From Octopus sinensis (Eukaryota), in NCBI RefSeq assembly GCF_006345805.1, contig NC_042997.1, positions 49,476,001 through 49,540,000 of the forward strand: a DNA stretch of 64,000 bases, in the 5' to 3' direction. How positions within the stretch are numbered: the stretch's first letter is position 1; each line of letters opens with the position of its first letter. The notes beneath the pieces are model-generated. The model ran no database searches. It was not told the DNA's origin and was given only the letters and a program-made list of their open reading frames with translations. Both the position numbers and the translations under genes were made by a program. Shown piece after piece: positions 52,596 through 64,000 of the stretch.

Positions 52596-53148
52596 CGCAT
52601 ATCGGATGCAGATTTTGGTTAATCTTTATCTTTCTTCACTTTGTTCTTGCTAACCCTTTCACGCTTTCCGTCGAACGAGATCTCCCCACTGATGAAAGAG
52701 TCTACTCTGTAGTCAGGAATTACCAATGCTTCACAATGAATACAGCTTTCTTACATTTCAGTTTCGAAACCAAATTTCACATTACCAGTTGTTTTGTGTC
52801 TTCCCTATAACTAAAGCCTATAAAATACTTATCAGTGGGATAGTAGCAGCGTCAAAGCAATTATTTTATTAGTTACGAAACAATGATGACTCTCGCAGGC
52901 CCAGTTGATTTGAAAAACGAGGTTGGAAAGGAAATTCCAGACGGTTACAGTTCTGTGACTGAAGGATTGGCTAAAATGTTGAGTGTAGAATATAGAAGTG
53001 ACGCATTAGAGAAATACTGCAAAGAAATGGAGAAACGAATTTGTTCACAGAAGCAGAGATCATTGCTGTGAAAAGCTTGTTTTAGTTTCAGTCAGTTGTG
53101 CGCGCGCGTGTGTATGTATGTGTGTGGTGTGTGTGTGTGTGTGTGTGT

Positions 53149-53180
<32 letters not shown>

Positions 53181-55761
53181 TGCTGTACTGTTCTTTACAA
53201 GTGAGCATTATTATATTGTCAGTATCACATGAGCTTTGTAATGTTAGTAAATGATCAATAGTGTGAAAGGTAAGCTCGACCCTGAGATATAATACTACGC
53301 TTATGATACGAAAATATCAATGAGAGGATAAACAAAGCTTGTGAAAACTAGAATTTTATGAATTTACTGTGTATCGGGAAAGCATAGGTGCAATATGTCA
53401 CAACTGAGTTATGATGCTGTTGAAAAAGACTAAATCGTTATGTTAACATTGAAAGAATTTTTTGAGCTCTTTGCTAATGTACGTCGTAGAGATCTGGAGT
53501 ATAATGCCTTGTGTGAATAATGCGTAAGTTTAAGAAGTGCCGGATTGTATCAACTGTATTTAGATTATGTGTTTGGTTAGAAGTAACAATAAGGAAGTCA
53601 TTAATGTACAGAAGGAAGAATGTGAGACAGCCAAACCTTGATGCCTTAGAATGTGAGACGCATCAGCGCACACAGCAATTACTTTGTTGTACAGGAAACA
53701 TCTGATCAAAGAGATAAGCTCAAACGTGGGAAACTTAGATTTTACTCATACCATACACAGTCGAAGGTTTTCCTAGTGTCATAGGCAACAATATGACTTC
53801 CACCGATATTCTAAAGGGCAAGTATCTAACAAATGGTGCCAGTGGCCAACGACAAGTGTGTGAGAGTCTGAAGGTTATGAACGAGATGGTTCTTTACAAC
53901 TGCTCCCATTACATTTTAGAAACTGGAAGTTAGTGTGATTGGTTGATAGTTAGTTCAGACAGGTACAAAAGGGATTGAATGTTGGGAGATTCTGCGTTGA
54001 TCAGGGGTAGAACTACCGAAGACTGTCAAAAGATGACATTTATTAATCAGGATAATATCGGTAGTTTAGGAGAGTTAAACGTTATTATTAAGCAAGGGTA
54101 GCAGGTGAAAAGTAAAAATCGAAGTAGGTTAACGCACAAGAAACTCAATTGATTAAAACTGGAGGATATTAAATAACGAAGACTATTATGAATTTTCATT
54201 TCCATTCAGAAGAGGAAACACCAACAGTGTCCGATTAATGGGAGAGTGAAATGGTAGTCGTTTTGTGGAGTGAGGCCACCGAGAATGCTGATTTCAGATG
54301 GAAGTGAGTTCGGTTAGATTATCTGAAGGCAAGATGATAGATAATGAAAGAAATGTTAGTAGTTAAATGAGACGTATAGAGATCAAATGAACAGGAAGTT
54401 TCTTCATCAAGTTCCTTTATGAAAGATGGTACTGTTAACAAACGATGGAAACCTTTGTTTTCTTTAATATCTCTATAATAACCCGCTTGTTCGTTCGCCC
54501 GTTATACTCTAGTTAGTTAGAAAAGTGGAGGTGGAGTGAGTGAAAGGTGGAGTAAAAATGTGTGTGAGAGAGGTGGGGGGAGAAATGTGAGTAGAGAAGA
54601 AAGAAGAGAGGAGTATGATAATACACTAAGACCAAATGCATCATGGGGTTAGTTTAAAGGAGGAGCGAAGAGCGAAAGAAAAAGGTGAGAGAAAAGTGCT
54701 GTAGGGTGGGGAGGGAAAGGTGAAGAGAAAGAGAGAAATGTTAAAGACATGAAGATGGGAATTACATGGTTAAAATGTTTGTTGAAGAGGTAGAGAGAAA
54801 CAGAGAAATATAAAGTGTTTGGTGGAGGGAAATTTTGGAAAATCCTACATGTTATTGTGAATGGAAGTGAAATAACTTAGCAAAATAAAAATAAAAATCA
54901 TCCTTTCTTTCTTAAATATCTTCTCTTAATCCTTTTCGTTCCGCAGGTCCCACTAGTAATTCTATAATTCTATAACTATGCTGTTTTAAGGTAATGAGGA
55001 CATCCTTTGAAGTCATTCTTACTTTTTTCTTTAAATAAAAAATAAATAGGTGTTACTTTTAACATGATAAAAAATCAAGCTTATAACCGATTCAATGAAC
55101 AATGATATCTCGTTTCTCAAGGGACACACAGCTTACACGTCAATAAGAAATATATTCTCGTCATTCAAAACATTTCTCTGCTTATTTTATTTTTTTTTTC
55201 ACTGTTTGAGAAGAATAGATAAATTTTATTCTTAGTCACTGCAGAAATTGAAACTACTTTGTTATAGGTCCTGTTCGAAACTTCAGAGGAAAGCGGCAAA
55301 GTCTTCGTTGAATAATGTCTTCGACCCATTTTCCCCCAATTCATTGTATGAATGAATCTATGAAACTTCGTTTACATAAGGACACATAGAAAGCAATGAA
55401 CATCTGAAACTTCCATTTGCTCATCCCCCAAAAAATAGATCTTCTGTCTTATATACACAAACAACAAGCGTCGAAATGTGGGGTGAAATTACACCAAATT
55501 CCCACCACTAGGATTATAAAGGCTTTACCGGGAGTCAGAGTATCACAGACACATACACAGTCATAGCACAAACACACACACATACATGAGAGAGAGAGAG
55601 AGAGAGAGAGAAGAGAAAAAGAGATACTCAGAGAGAGAGAGAGAGAGAGCGAGAGAGATACATATATACGCACATATGCATTCGTAGATACATGTATGTG
55701 TGTAACTAATGTATGTATGTTTATATGAATGTATGTATTGTATATATATATATATATACAT

Positions 55762-55794
<33 letters not shown>

Positions 55795-56139
55795 TATATA
55801 TGTATATATACACACCCATGTGTGTGTGTGTATGTGTGTGTGTGTGGTGTTGTGTGTGTGTGTGTGTGTTTGTGTGTGTGTGTTTGTATTTTATGTCAAG
55901 AATTTAAGAAAATTACGAGAGAACTTGAAATAATTCCACTATGGAATAGTGACTCTTGAGGATCGCATGACATGTAAATGTTGGGTCGAAAAACCCCCTT
56001 GAATGAAAAAAATTGAACGACTTTTTCTGTCCAAAAGGGTTTTTCAACCCAGTATTTACATAGTATTATTTATAGCTACATGTGAACTTCGAATACCACT
56101 ATTCCCGAAAAGATCTGTCAGTTTATATGTAGTCTATAA

Positions 56140-56154
56140 TCTATCTATCTCTAT

Positions 56155-56225
<71 letters not shown>

Positions 56226-56285
56226 GTGTGTATGTATGTATGTATGCATGTATGTATGTTGTATATATATATATATAATATATAT

Positions 56286-56331
<46 letters not shown>

Positions 56332-56376
56332 GTACGTACCACTCACATACACACACACACACACACATATATGCTT

Positions 56377-56416
<40 letters not shown>

Positions 56417-56440
56417 CATATGTATGCACACACATATACA
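56140..56440. repeat. (CTAT)n/(TA)n/(CA)n compound microsatellite
   Basis: Direct reading. Confidence 0.9.
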
Positions 56441-56689
56441 CACAGGCGGCAGAGTTAAATCTAAGGCCTTGTGGAAAGAAGTAAGGAGGCATCACATGTC
56501 CTTCGTTTCGGACAATCCCTAAAACCATGACAGTTGCAGAAAATTTTGTATGCATGACACTCGGAATTTCAGAAGGGTCTGCACATAATCATCTGTCATT
56601 TCTTCTGTTAACTTTTTGATCTTGGTCGAGGTTTATATCGATAGAGGAAAACCAAATCAAATTCTCTGCTGGATTTTTCAGTTTGTTTA

Positions 56690-57192
56690 AGAAGCTTTTA
56701 GATCTGATGTAGTGATTTTATTTTGTTTTTTTCCTGACAAATTGACCTATCCTCATCATAAAAGACTTATATCTGTTGTCGTCGTGGACAACATTTCTGA
56801 CTGCTCCTTCTGACACATGGAGATCTTCTGCAATTGAACTCATGGACTATCTGGGACTATAATCAATAGTCTGTTGAACTTGCTGGATAAATTCAGTGTT
56901 CTGATGATTTCAGAGCATTTAGAATGCTTTTTATGCTTTTATACTGGTGGTACGTTCCCATCTTTAGTCTCTAACTCCTTACAAACTTTGTAGACGAAAG
57001 ATGTGGCAACTTTTAAAAATCGAGATATTTCTAAATCGCTATGCTCCGCCTTTATAACCACAATAACAGCATGCTTCATCATTTCTTGAGTAATCTGAGG
57101 GCCTGCTATTATTATTTTCTGAAACAAAGATTATACAGAGTTAGTAATGACCCAAAACTGGTATGTCCTCAAATACCTTACACACCCTGTAT
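56690..57192 (-). mobile_element. Tc1/mariner (maT/DD37D-like) 5' fossil
   Basis: KHAVIVVIKAEHSDLEISRFLKVATSFVYKV...FIQQVQQTID...SIAEDLHVSEGAVRNVVHDDNRYKSF; TIR tacagggtg at about 57184-57192. Confidence 0.65.
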
Positions 57193-57254
57193 AATTCAAA
57201 TTTACAGAAAACAAAAGACAAAGACAGGTGCAGGGAAAACAAGTAGGACTATTA

Positions 57255-58558
57255 TCAGGTCATCCCAAAAGTTCTGTCCGATTTTACCTTTTTTAAAATT
57301 GAATGAAATTTAATAGTATTTTAGAATGTCTAATGGAATTAAAAATTATTTTTATGCATTTGTGAACATTTAAACTAATCGAATATTATTTTACAGAATA
57401 ATAGAATTAAAATTTGTTTGATTAAAACCCTTTCTAACATAGAAGTATCCAAAGAGCATTTAAGGCACATAATGCTTTATGAGTACAAAAAAGGAAACTC
57501 TGCAGCCGAAGCGACTTGAAACATACACTCAGTTTATGGGAAAGAATGATTGAACAAAAGAACTTGCAGAAGATGGTTTGAAAAATTCAGAAGTGGAGAT
57601 TTCAGCCTTGAAGATGAAGATCAAACAGAATGTCCAGTTGAGTTTGATGATAAGCTCCTTGAGGCATTACTTGAATAAAATCCTGCATTATCAGTTGAAG
57701 AACTGGCAATAAAGCTTAGTTCAAACCATACAACTGTTCATCGTCATCTTCAACAACTTGGAAAGGTTTCTAAACTTGGAAAGGTTCCTAAACTTGGAAA
57801 ATGGTAGCCTCATGAATTGTTCGAAAGCAACCGCAAATCCCGAGTTGACATCTGCTCTTCTCTCCAATCTCGCGAATTCATTTCACCCTTTTTGGATAGA
57901 CTTGTGACTGGTGACGAAAATTGGATCTTCTATCGAAATGTTATACGTCGTAAACAGTGGCTTGGTAAAAGGGAAAAAGCTCAACCACAAACGAGGAGGG
58001 AACTTCATGAGAAAAAGCTTCTTCTCTCTATCTGGTGGGATAGATTGTAAAGGAGTAATTCACTTTGAATTATTACCACCTAAATGCAACAATCAATGTC
58101 AGCAATCAACAATCAGCAATCAACTGTCAGCAATTAGAGCGTTTGAACCCGCTTTAGTGAATCGAAAAGGAGTGATGTTTTATCAGGACAATGCGCGACC
58201 CCACACTGCAAAGATTACACTACAGAAAATCGAAGAGCTTGGTTGGGAAAAATTCCTCATCCACCTTATTTTTCCCGACCTTGTTCCTTCAGACTACCAT
58301 TTGTTTCGTAGTTTTCAGAATAATTTGGGGGACATAGCTTTCGCAAGCCAGGAGGAGGTGGAAACTGACATTTCAGAGTTCTTCGCTTTGAAACCAAAAG
58401 AGTTTTACAATGATGGGATTAAAAAGCTTGTAAATAGATGGAAGGAAGTCATAGATAATCAGGGTAAGTACATTGATGACTAAATGTCAATTAAATATAA
58501 CATTTGATGACTTGTTTTCTTTATTCAAAATTCGGACAGAACTTATGGGATAACCTGA
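57255..58558 (+). mobile_element. Full-length mariner (DD34D) transposon with pseudogenised transposase
   Basis: TA|tcaggtcatccc..aagttctgtccga / tcggacagaacttatgggataacctga|TA; EVSKEHLRHIMLYEY, LVTGDENWIFY, QDNARPH, PDLVPSDYHLF; stops, frameshifts and an 18-bp tandem duplication near 57767-57802. Confidence 0.95.
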
Positions 58559-58820
58559 TAGCTTGACACTTGAGAAGAATGGATAAGTCGTTTACATTTC
58601 GAGACTGCGCTCTTCGACAGGAAGGATTAAGAGGAAAAAAGGAAAGATAAAAAATGTGTAGGGAATAACAGTTCAAAATGATTATATATATATATATATA
58701 TGTATATATATAATCAAAATGAGGGTGAAAAAAGGGATATTAATTTGATAACATCAATTTTAATACCAGTAGTCTAGCATATAAAAAAACTAAGATTCAG
58801 TAAATAGTATTTCATACATA

Positions 58821-59302
58821 TATATAAGAGGGAAATTTTTAACCACTATGTGGAACCCCTTATGGTAGAAGAAGATCCGCTATGGTCTCAACCATTAAGA
58901 ATTGTTCTCTAGAAAATTTAGCACACCAGAAACGTAAGCGAGCACGACAAATGAAAAATAACAAAAATATAGATTCATCACAAACAATTGTTTCACTATC
59001 TACGTAATTTCGCCTAAACGAAGACTTTTGAAAATAACCGCAAATATAATAGGTGGAACTACATGCATTTTCGACCTCGTGTTGATATCTTACAGATAAA
59101 TTGTGTAAGTAAAATTACGTAATTTATTGATAGTGAAACAATTGTTTGTGATTAATCTATATTTTTGTTATTTTTCATTTGTCTTGCTCGCTTACGTTTG
59201 TGGTGGGCTAAATTTTCTAGAGAACAATTCTTAATGGTTGAGACCATTGCGGATCTTCTTCTAGCATAAGGGGTTCCACATAGTGGTTAAAAATTTCCCT
59301 GT

Positions 59303-59308
<6 letters not shown>
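58821..59308. repeat. Long inverted repeat, about 185-bp arms and 100-nt spacer
   Basis: tatataagagggaaatttttaaccactatgtggaaccc... versus ...gggttccacatagtggttaaaaatttccctgttatata, with few mismatches. Confidence 0.95.
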
Positions 59309-59334
<26 letters not shown>

Positions 59335-59984
59335 CTACACCGCAAGAATAATAAACCGACTCATTGATTAATATTGCATTGCATCAGCTTATTTATACAC
59401 AATGTCACGTGTCTAATGACATTTCCTTAAGCAAAAGCCCGGGATCTACGTGACAGTTGCCTACTCTTCTCTACGGGTATCGTCAAACAGTCTCATCCAC
59501 TAACTGAACCCTGTGACATTTGCCACAGCTCATAGTTTCAAAGACACTCTGCTCATTAGCATACTAGAATACTTGCATTTAATTTGGGATATGGAACGAA
59601 AACAATTGTACATATTGCACCCACATATCAATCTTGATAGCTATGTTTATAAAACAAGGGCTGCGCGCGCGCGTGTGTGTAGTACGTATGCATTTCTACA
59701 GTTTCAACCGATTTTCACCAAACTTTACACGCACATTACTTATGCGCCAAGGATGGTCATGCACTATAACATTTTGCCCAGAGCTCCCGCGTAAAGCGAG
59801 AAACCAGGGGTGGGAGGTGTTTTACACGAGGTTTTCTCTAAAAACTTCTGCAGTTTTCAACCGATTCTCAATCTTCTCTCTTTCTCTCTTTGCTTATTTC
59901 TCTCTTCTCTATTTTTCTGTTTCTCTTGCTTACACATATTCTCTCTCACCTTCTGTAATAGTTCCTGTATTTTAGTCTATGTCT

Positions 59985-60217
59985 GTTTCTTTCATTCTCT
60001 CTCTGTCTCTGTCTCTCTGTCTCTGTCTCTCTGTCTCTGTCTCTCTCTGTCTCTGTAACTCTGTCTCTCTGTCTCTCTGCCTGTCTCTCTGTCTGTCTGT
60101 CTCTCTCTCTCTGTCTCTGTCTGTCTCTCTCTGTCTCTGTATCTCTGTCTCTCTGTCTGTCTCTCTGTCTGTCTCTCTCTGTCTCTCTCTGTCTCTGTCT
60201 GTCTGTCTCTCTGTCTC

Positions 60218-60254
<37 letters not shown>

Positions 60255-60255
60255 T
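59985..60255. repeat. (CTCTGT)n/(CTGT)n compound repeat
   Basis: Direct reading. Confidence 0.92.
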
Positions 60256-60788
60256 TAACCCTCACACTGACTTCTGTGTTCAAATTGTCTTCTGTGTATT
60301 TCAATTAGTTACACGTAAAATCTCTGTTGTTAAGGTTTTTGTATGTTCTCTCTAAAAAATAATTGTTCACCTCGTGTGTTTAAGTTAAGTTTTGCCACAT
60401 CTACCTAAAAATGAACTTCAGTGAATTTCAGTTTTGTCGTGCGTAAATATCTTTGTCTTTACGGTATTTGTACGTTCTCCCTACAACATTACCTGACTTA
60501 TTTTAAATTTGTTGCACTCCGTCTACTTAAATACATTATTTACATTTCTCCTCCTATCGAAAAACGTTGTGCGTGCGGTCGTGCATGCATACATATGATC
60601 GCTATGGGCCACATACAGCCGATGTGTGTGTCTGCATACATTTATATATATGTGTGTGTATATATATGTATATATATGTGTGTGCGTGTATATATATGTA
60701 TATATATGTGTGTGCGTGTATATATATATATATGCGTACGTATATACATATATGTATATATATGTATATGCATATGTATATGTATATC

Positions 60789-60820
<32 letters not shown>

Positions 60821-62031
60821 CTAGCATTATGACCCGGCGTTGCCGGGTCATAGTGCTAGTTTGATCTAAATTTGTTAAATTAAAAATTTGGGGTAATAAA
60901 ACATACAATGACATATTAAAAAGACGAATTAAAATTCTAGAGAAAAATACATAGAAGATAAATATACAAATTTACAAAAATACATAAAAGTTAATCTATG
61001 GGCCGCTTCAGAGATGCACCAATTAATATGAAACATATCATATATTTAAAATTGATTCTCCTCTCGTCAGGATGTTTTTTACACACAACACATAGTACAC
61101 GGAAACAAATGCACAATTACATACCTGCTACATGCGAAAGACCAGACATTACGTACTCCCAAAAATTCTCATAGATACTGAATGCTACTTTATAAGCATA
61201 TAATTCAATCTAGCAGCTATAGTAAATGGTATGCGCACAGCTCCATCTGGACTAATTCACTTCTGCACTCAATTAAATTTTTCATCTTTTAATTTCTCCC
61301 ATACATGCAAAGCTACATATTCGAGTTCAAGTCCTTGATACATTTTATACTAATTGCTATTTTTTCTTTTAATTGTTATATTACGTTTTAATTACCATAG
61401 TTTCTTTTTATTTTAATTACTACTTACTATATTTACTATATTTAATTCAATTGTTATTATTAACTCTAACTTTTATTGCAATTTTTATTTCATAAGATCT
61501 TATGCGTACAATATATTTTTATATGATGTTGATATATCACTATATATTTCTAAACGTCGGGTTTTAAGTCTGTTCTGTAGATACAAATGAATATATGAAT
61601 ATATGTATGTGTTTGATCTTTCTGTGGATTTTGTAGTGTTCTTAGATTAAAAAGTGTATACAGCTCATTTGAGCACTACTATTCCAGTCTGTTATATATT
61701 TTGAGCGTTGTTGTCACTAACGATCTCAAGATATAACTTTATATTTTGTAATATATATATATATATATATATATATCCATGTACATACAATAGAGAGATG
61801 TGTTTGTTTCACTTTTAACACGTAATACTGAAATAGTGGAGAAGATATGATATTGCTGTGGGTTCGCCCTAGGCAAGAAGATAAACGTTTTTTCCCATGA
61901 CACTACATGGAACCTAAGTAAGGCATGTATAAAATTTGAATGAAATTGGTAGTGTAATTCTCGAGTTTTAGGGAAACACACAGACAGACAGACACACATT
62001 CTCAGTTTTATATATATATACATATATTAGA
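60821..62031 (-). mobile_element. Non-autonomous Helitron, about 1.2 kb
   Basis: Minus strand starts TC..ATAAAACTGAGAATGTGTGTCTGTC and ends in hairpin gacccggcaacgccgggtc plus CTAG|T. Confidence 0.7.
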
Positions 62032-62035
62032 CTAA

Positions 62036-62330
62036 ACAAGGAAACATTCTTCATTGAAAAATACAAGCCCAAACTTAACCATTCCAACATACTTATACAG
62101 AGAAATTCACTCCAAAAGAAAGGCAAGAAATTTTAAGCGATTATCTCCCTTACACCGGAAGAAATCACTTATTAACTCCCCTTATCTGGAACTCTTCTCA
62201 ACGTAAACATAACGATATAAGAAATTTGAAAAACCTGAGCGCGAAACCGGTCATTCCTTCAAAAACTATGTCATTGTATGAAAAAAAAAAATAACATTCT
62301 TCAGACATATTGACTCAAATATATATTTTT
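62036..62330 (+). mobile_element. Penelope-like ORF 3' end and downstream repeat remnant
   Basis: ETFFIEKYKPKLN resembles the E..FI...KP.LN PLE terminus; remnant ctgagcgcGAAACCGGTC at about 62235-62252. Confidence 0.45.
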
Positions 62331-62416
62331 AACCTTTTAAAACAAGCCTTCTGTAGTTTTTTCACTTTTTACTATTTTCTATATACATATATATAATATA
62401 TATATATATATATAAT

Positions 62417-62454
<38 letters not shown>

Positions 62455-62529
62455 ATCTATATATATATATATATTATATATATATACATATATATGTGTG
62501 TGTGTGTGTGTGTATGTGTGTGTGTACGC

Positions 62530-62686
62530 TAGAAATAAACGCCCAAATAGTCTACAAACCACTTAAGTTATTACTCCATTACCAGAAGGTTGGTTTACAC
62601 TACTGAATAGTGGAAACCGTTTTTAATATCGCAAACCATGGAACTATGGCGTTTTTATCCCGAGCAACGCCGGGTATCTCTGCTAG
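62530..62686 (+). mobile_element. Helitron 3' terminus
   Basis: cccgagcaacgccgggtatctctgCTAG|T, like the end of 27349-27746. Confidence 0.6.
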
Positions 62687-62689
62687 TAT

Positions 62690-62857
62690 AATATATAATA
62701 CAATATAATATGATGTGATATGATATGATATTGCAGATATACATACATGTGCATAAATGTATGTATGTATATAGGTATGAATGTATGTATACGCACACAT
62801 ATACTCGTATGTATGCATATGTATGTACGTATGTATGCATGTATGTGTGTATGTATA

Positions 62858-62888
<31 letters not shown>

Positions 62889-62963
62889 GTGTGTGTGTAT
62901 ATATAGGTATGGATATGTATATGTTTGTATGTAGGTATGTACGTATATATGTCTATCAGTCTC

Positions 62964-63015
<52 letters not shown>

Positions 63016-63031
63016 GCTATCTATCTATCTA

Positions 63032-63065
<34 letters not shown>

Positions 63066-63080
63066 ATCTATCTATCTAAC
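62690..63080. repeat. Compound (TATG)n/(CTAT)n/(CTGT)n microsatellite
   Basis: Direct reading. Confidence 0.85.
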
Positions 63081-63449
63081 TAACCTATATACAATGCTGA
63101 TGTGGTAATGGGTGCTGGCCCATGTTTGTGACTGTCCCTATTCCGAATTTGTCAATATACTACTACTACTACTACTACTACTTCTGTCACTCCCTTACTT
63201 GCTCCCACCCCTTGTAATCTCTCTTCCCCTGTTCTCTATTCTACTTCTCAACTTCCCCCACCTTCCCCACACAATAGCCCTTCCTCAAGTGCTCTGCTTG
63301 TTGTTTCCAGAAATGGCTCTGAATAAAGTAGCAGTAACATCATTCAATGTCGTTCAATTTACCTCAGTTGATCGATTGCCCTGTTGAGTAAACATATCAG
63401 TAATGTACATGTAATGATTACTGGAAACAGCTACAAGGCAAATTTGATC

Positions 63450-64000
63450 ACATGGTTCCGGGTTCAGTCCCACTGCGTGGCACCTTAGGCAAGTGTCTTC
63501 TACTATAGCCTCGGGCTGACCAAAACCTTGTGAGTGGATGTGGTAGACGGAAACTGAAAGAAACCCCTCGTATATATGTACATATATATGTATGTATTCA
63601 ATTAAAGCAAATAATATTACAAGAAATCCTAAAATATCTTTATATCTATGATAATGATGAAAAGAAATTTTATCCAAATTTCTTTTTAATCCCAATGGAT
63701 TACTTGAACCCCCTTCATGTAAAAACAAAAAATGTAAAATAACTAAACCCCCAATAATAAAAGGAAACAAAAAATGAAAACAAAAAACCGACTTAAAGTA
63801 GCATTATCTTTGTGTGTATATGTTTGTGTGTCTGTGTTTGTTCCCCCAACATCGCTTGACAACCGATGCTGGTGTGTTTACGTCCCCGTAACTTAGCGGT
63901 TCGGCATAAGAGACTGATAGAATAAGTACTAGGCTTACAAAGAATAAGTCCTGGGGTCGATTTGTTCGACTAAAAGGTGGTGCTCCAGCATGGCCACAGT
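63450..64000 (+). mobile_element. SINE family A split by a NUMT; runs off the window end
   Basis: 5' half 63450-63596 and 3' half 63809-64000 are colinear with 10381-10787. Confidence 0.9.
63597..63808 (-). pseudogene. cytb: Nuclear copy of a mitochondrial cytochrome b fragment (NUMT)
   Basis: In the invertebrate mitochondrial code: DNATLSRFF/(C)[61 protein letters not shown], with a 1-nt deletion in the A run at 63782-63787. Confidence 0.93.

Noticed and set aside
53960-54900. Possible Penelope N-terminal ORF remnant on the minus strand with a purine-rich flank
   Set aside because: Similarity is too vague to support without a search.
59632-59880. Possible Helitron 5' portion
   Set aside because: It has a TC start and typical internal wording, but no matching plus-strand 3' hairpin/CTAG could be assigned.
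63354-63770. 138-aa ORF as a nuclear fusion protein
   Set aside because: It is a chance read-through from the cytb NUMT into antisense SINE sequence.

Overview
Eukaryotic, AT-rich, very repeat-dense DNA that looks like octopus (coleoid cephalopod) intronic or intergenic sequence, judged from SINE families recalled from octopus genomes, the microsatellite density and a cephalopod-like cytb fragment. No host protein-coding gene can be confidently called, and nearly all ORFs in the supplied track are microsatellite or SINE artefacts. The window holds many tRNA-derived SINEs (two main families); fossil LINEs (CR1-group, RTE, R4/Dong-like, Penelope-like); fossil DNA transposons (mariner, Tc1, hAT-type, MITEs, Helitrons); and a 212-bp mitochondrial cytb NUMT inside a SINE. 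Most notable are (1) a cluster of minimal type-I hammerhead ribozymes with palindromic stem-III loops and unusually long stem II: two intact, one single-core-mutant and one variant, one of the intact ones being enclosed by 18-bp inverted repeats; (2) SINE arrays in which one subfamily is joined to another SINE at the same nucleotide at four loci; (3) a 3' tail shared by SINE family A and CR1-group LINEs; (4) R4/Dong-like fragments bounded by (CATA)n; and (5) several long hairpins. All calls were made by eye; no searches or folding programs were run.
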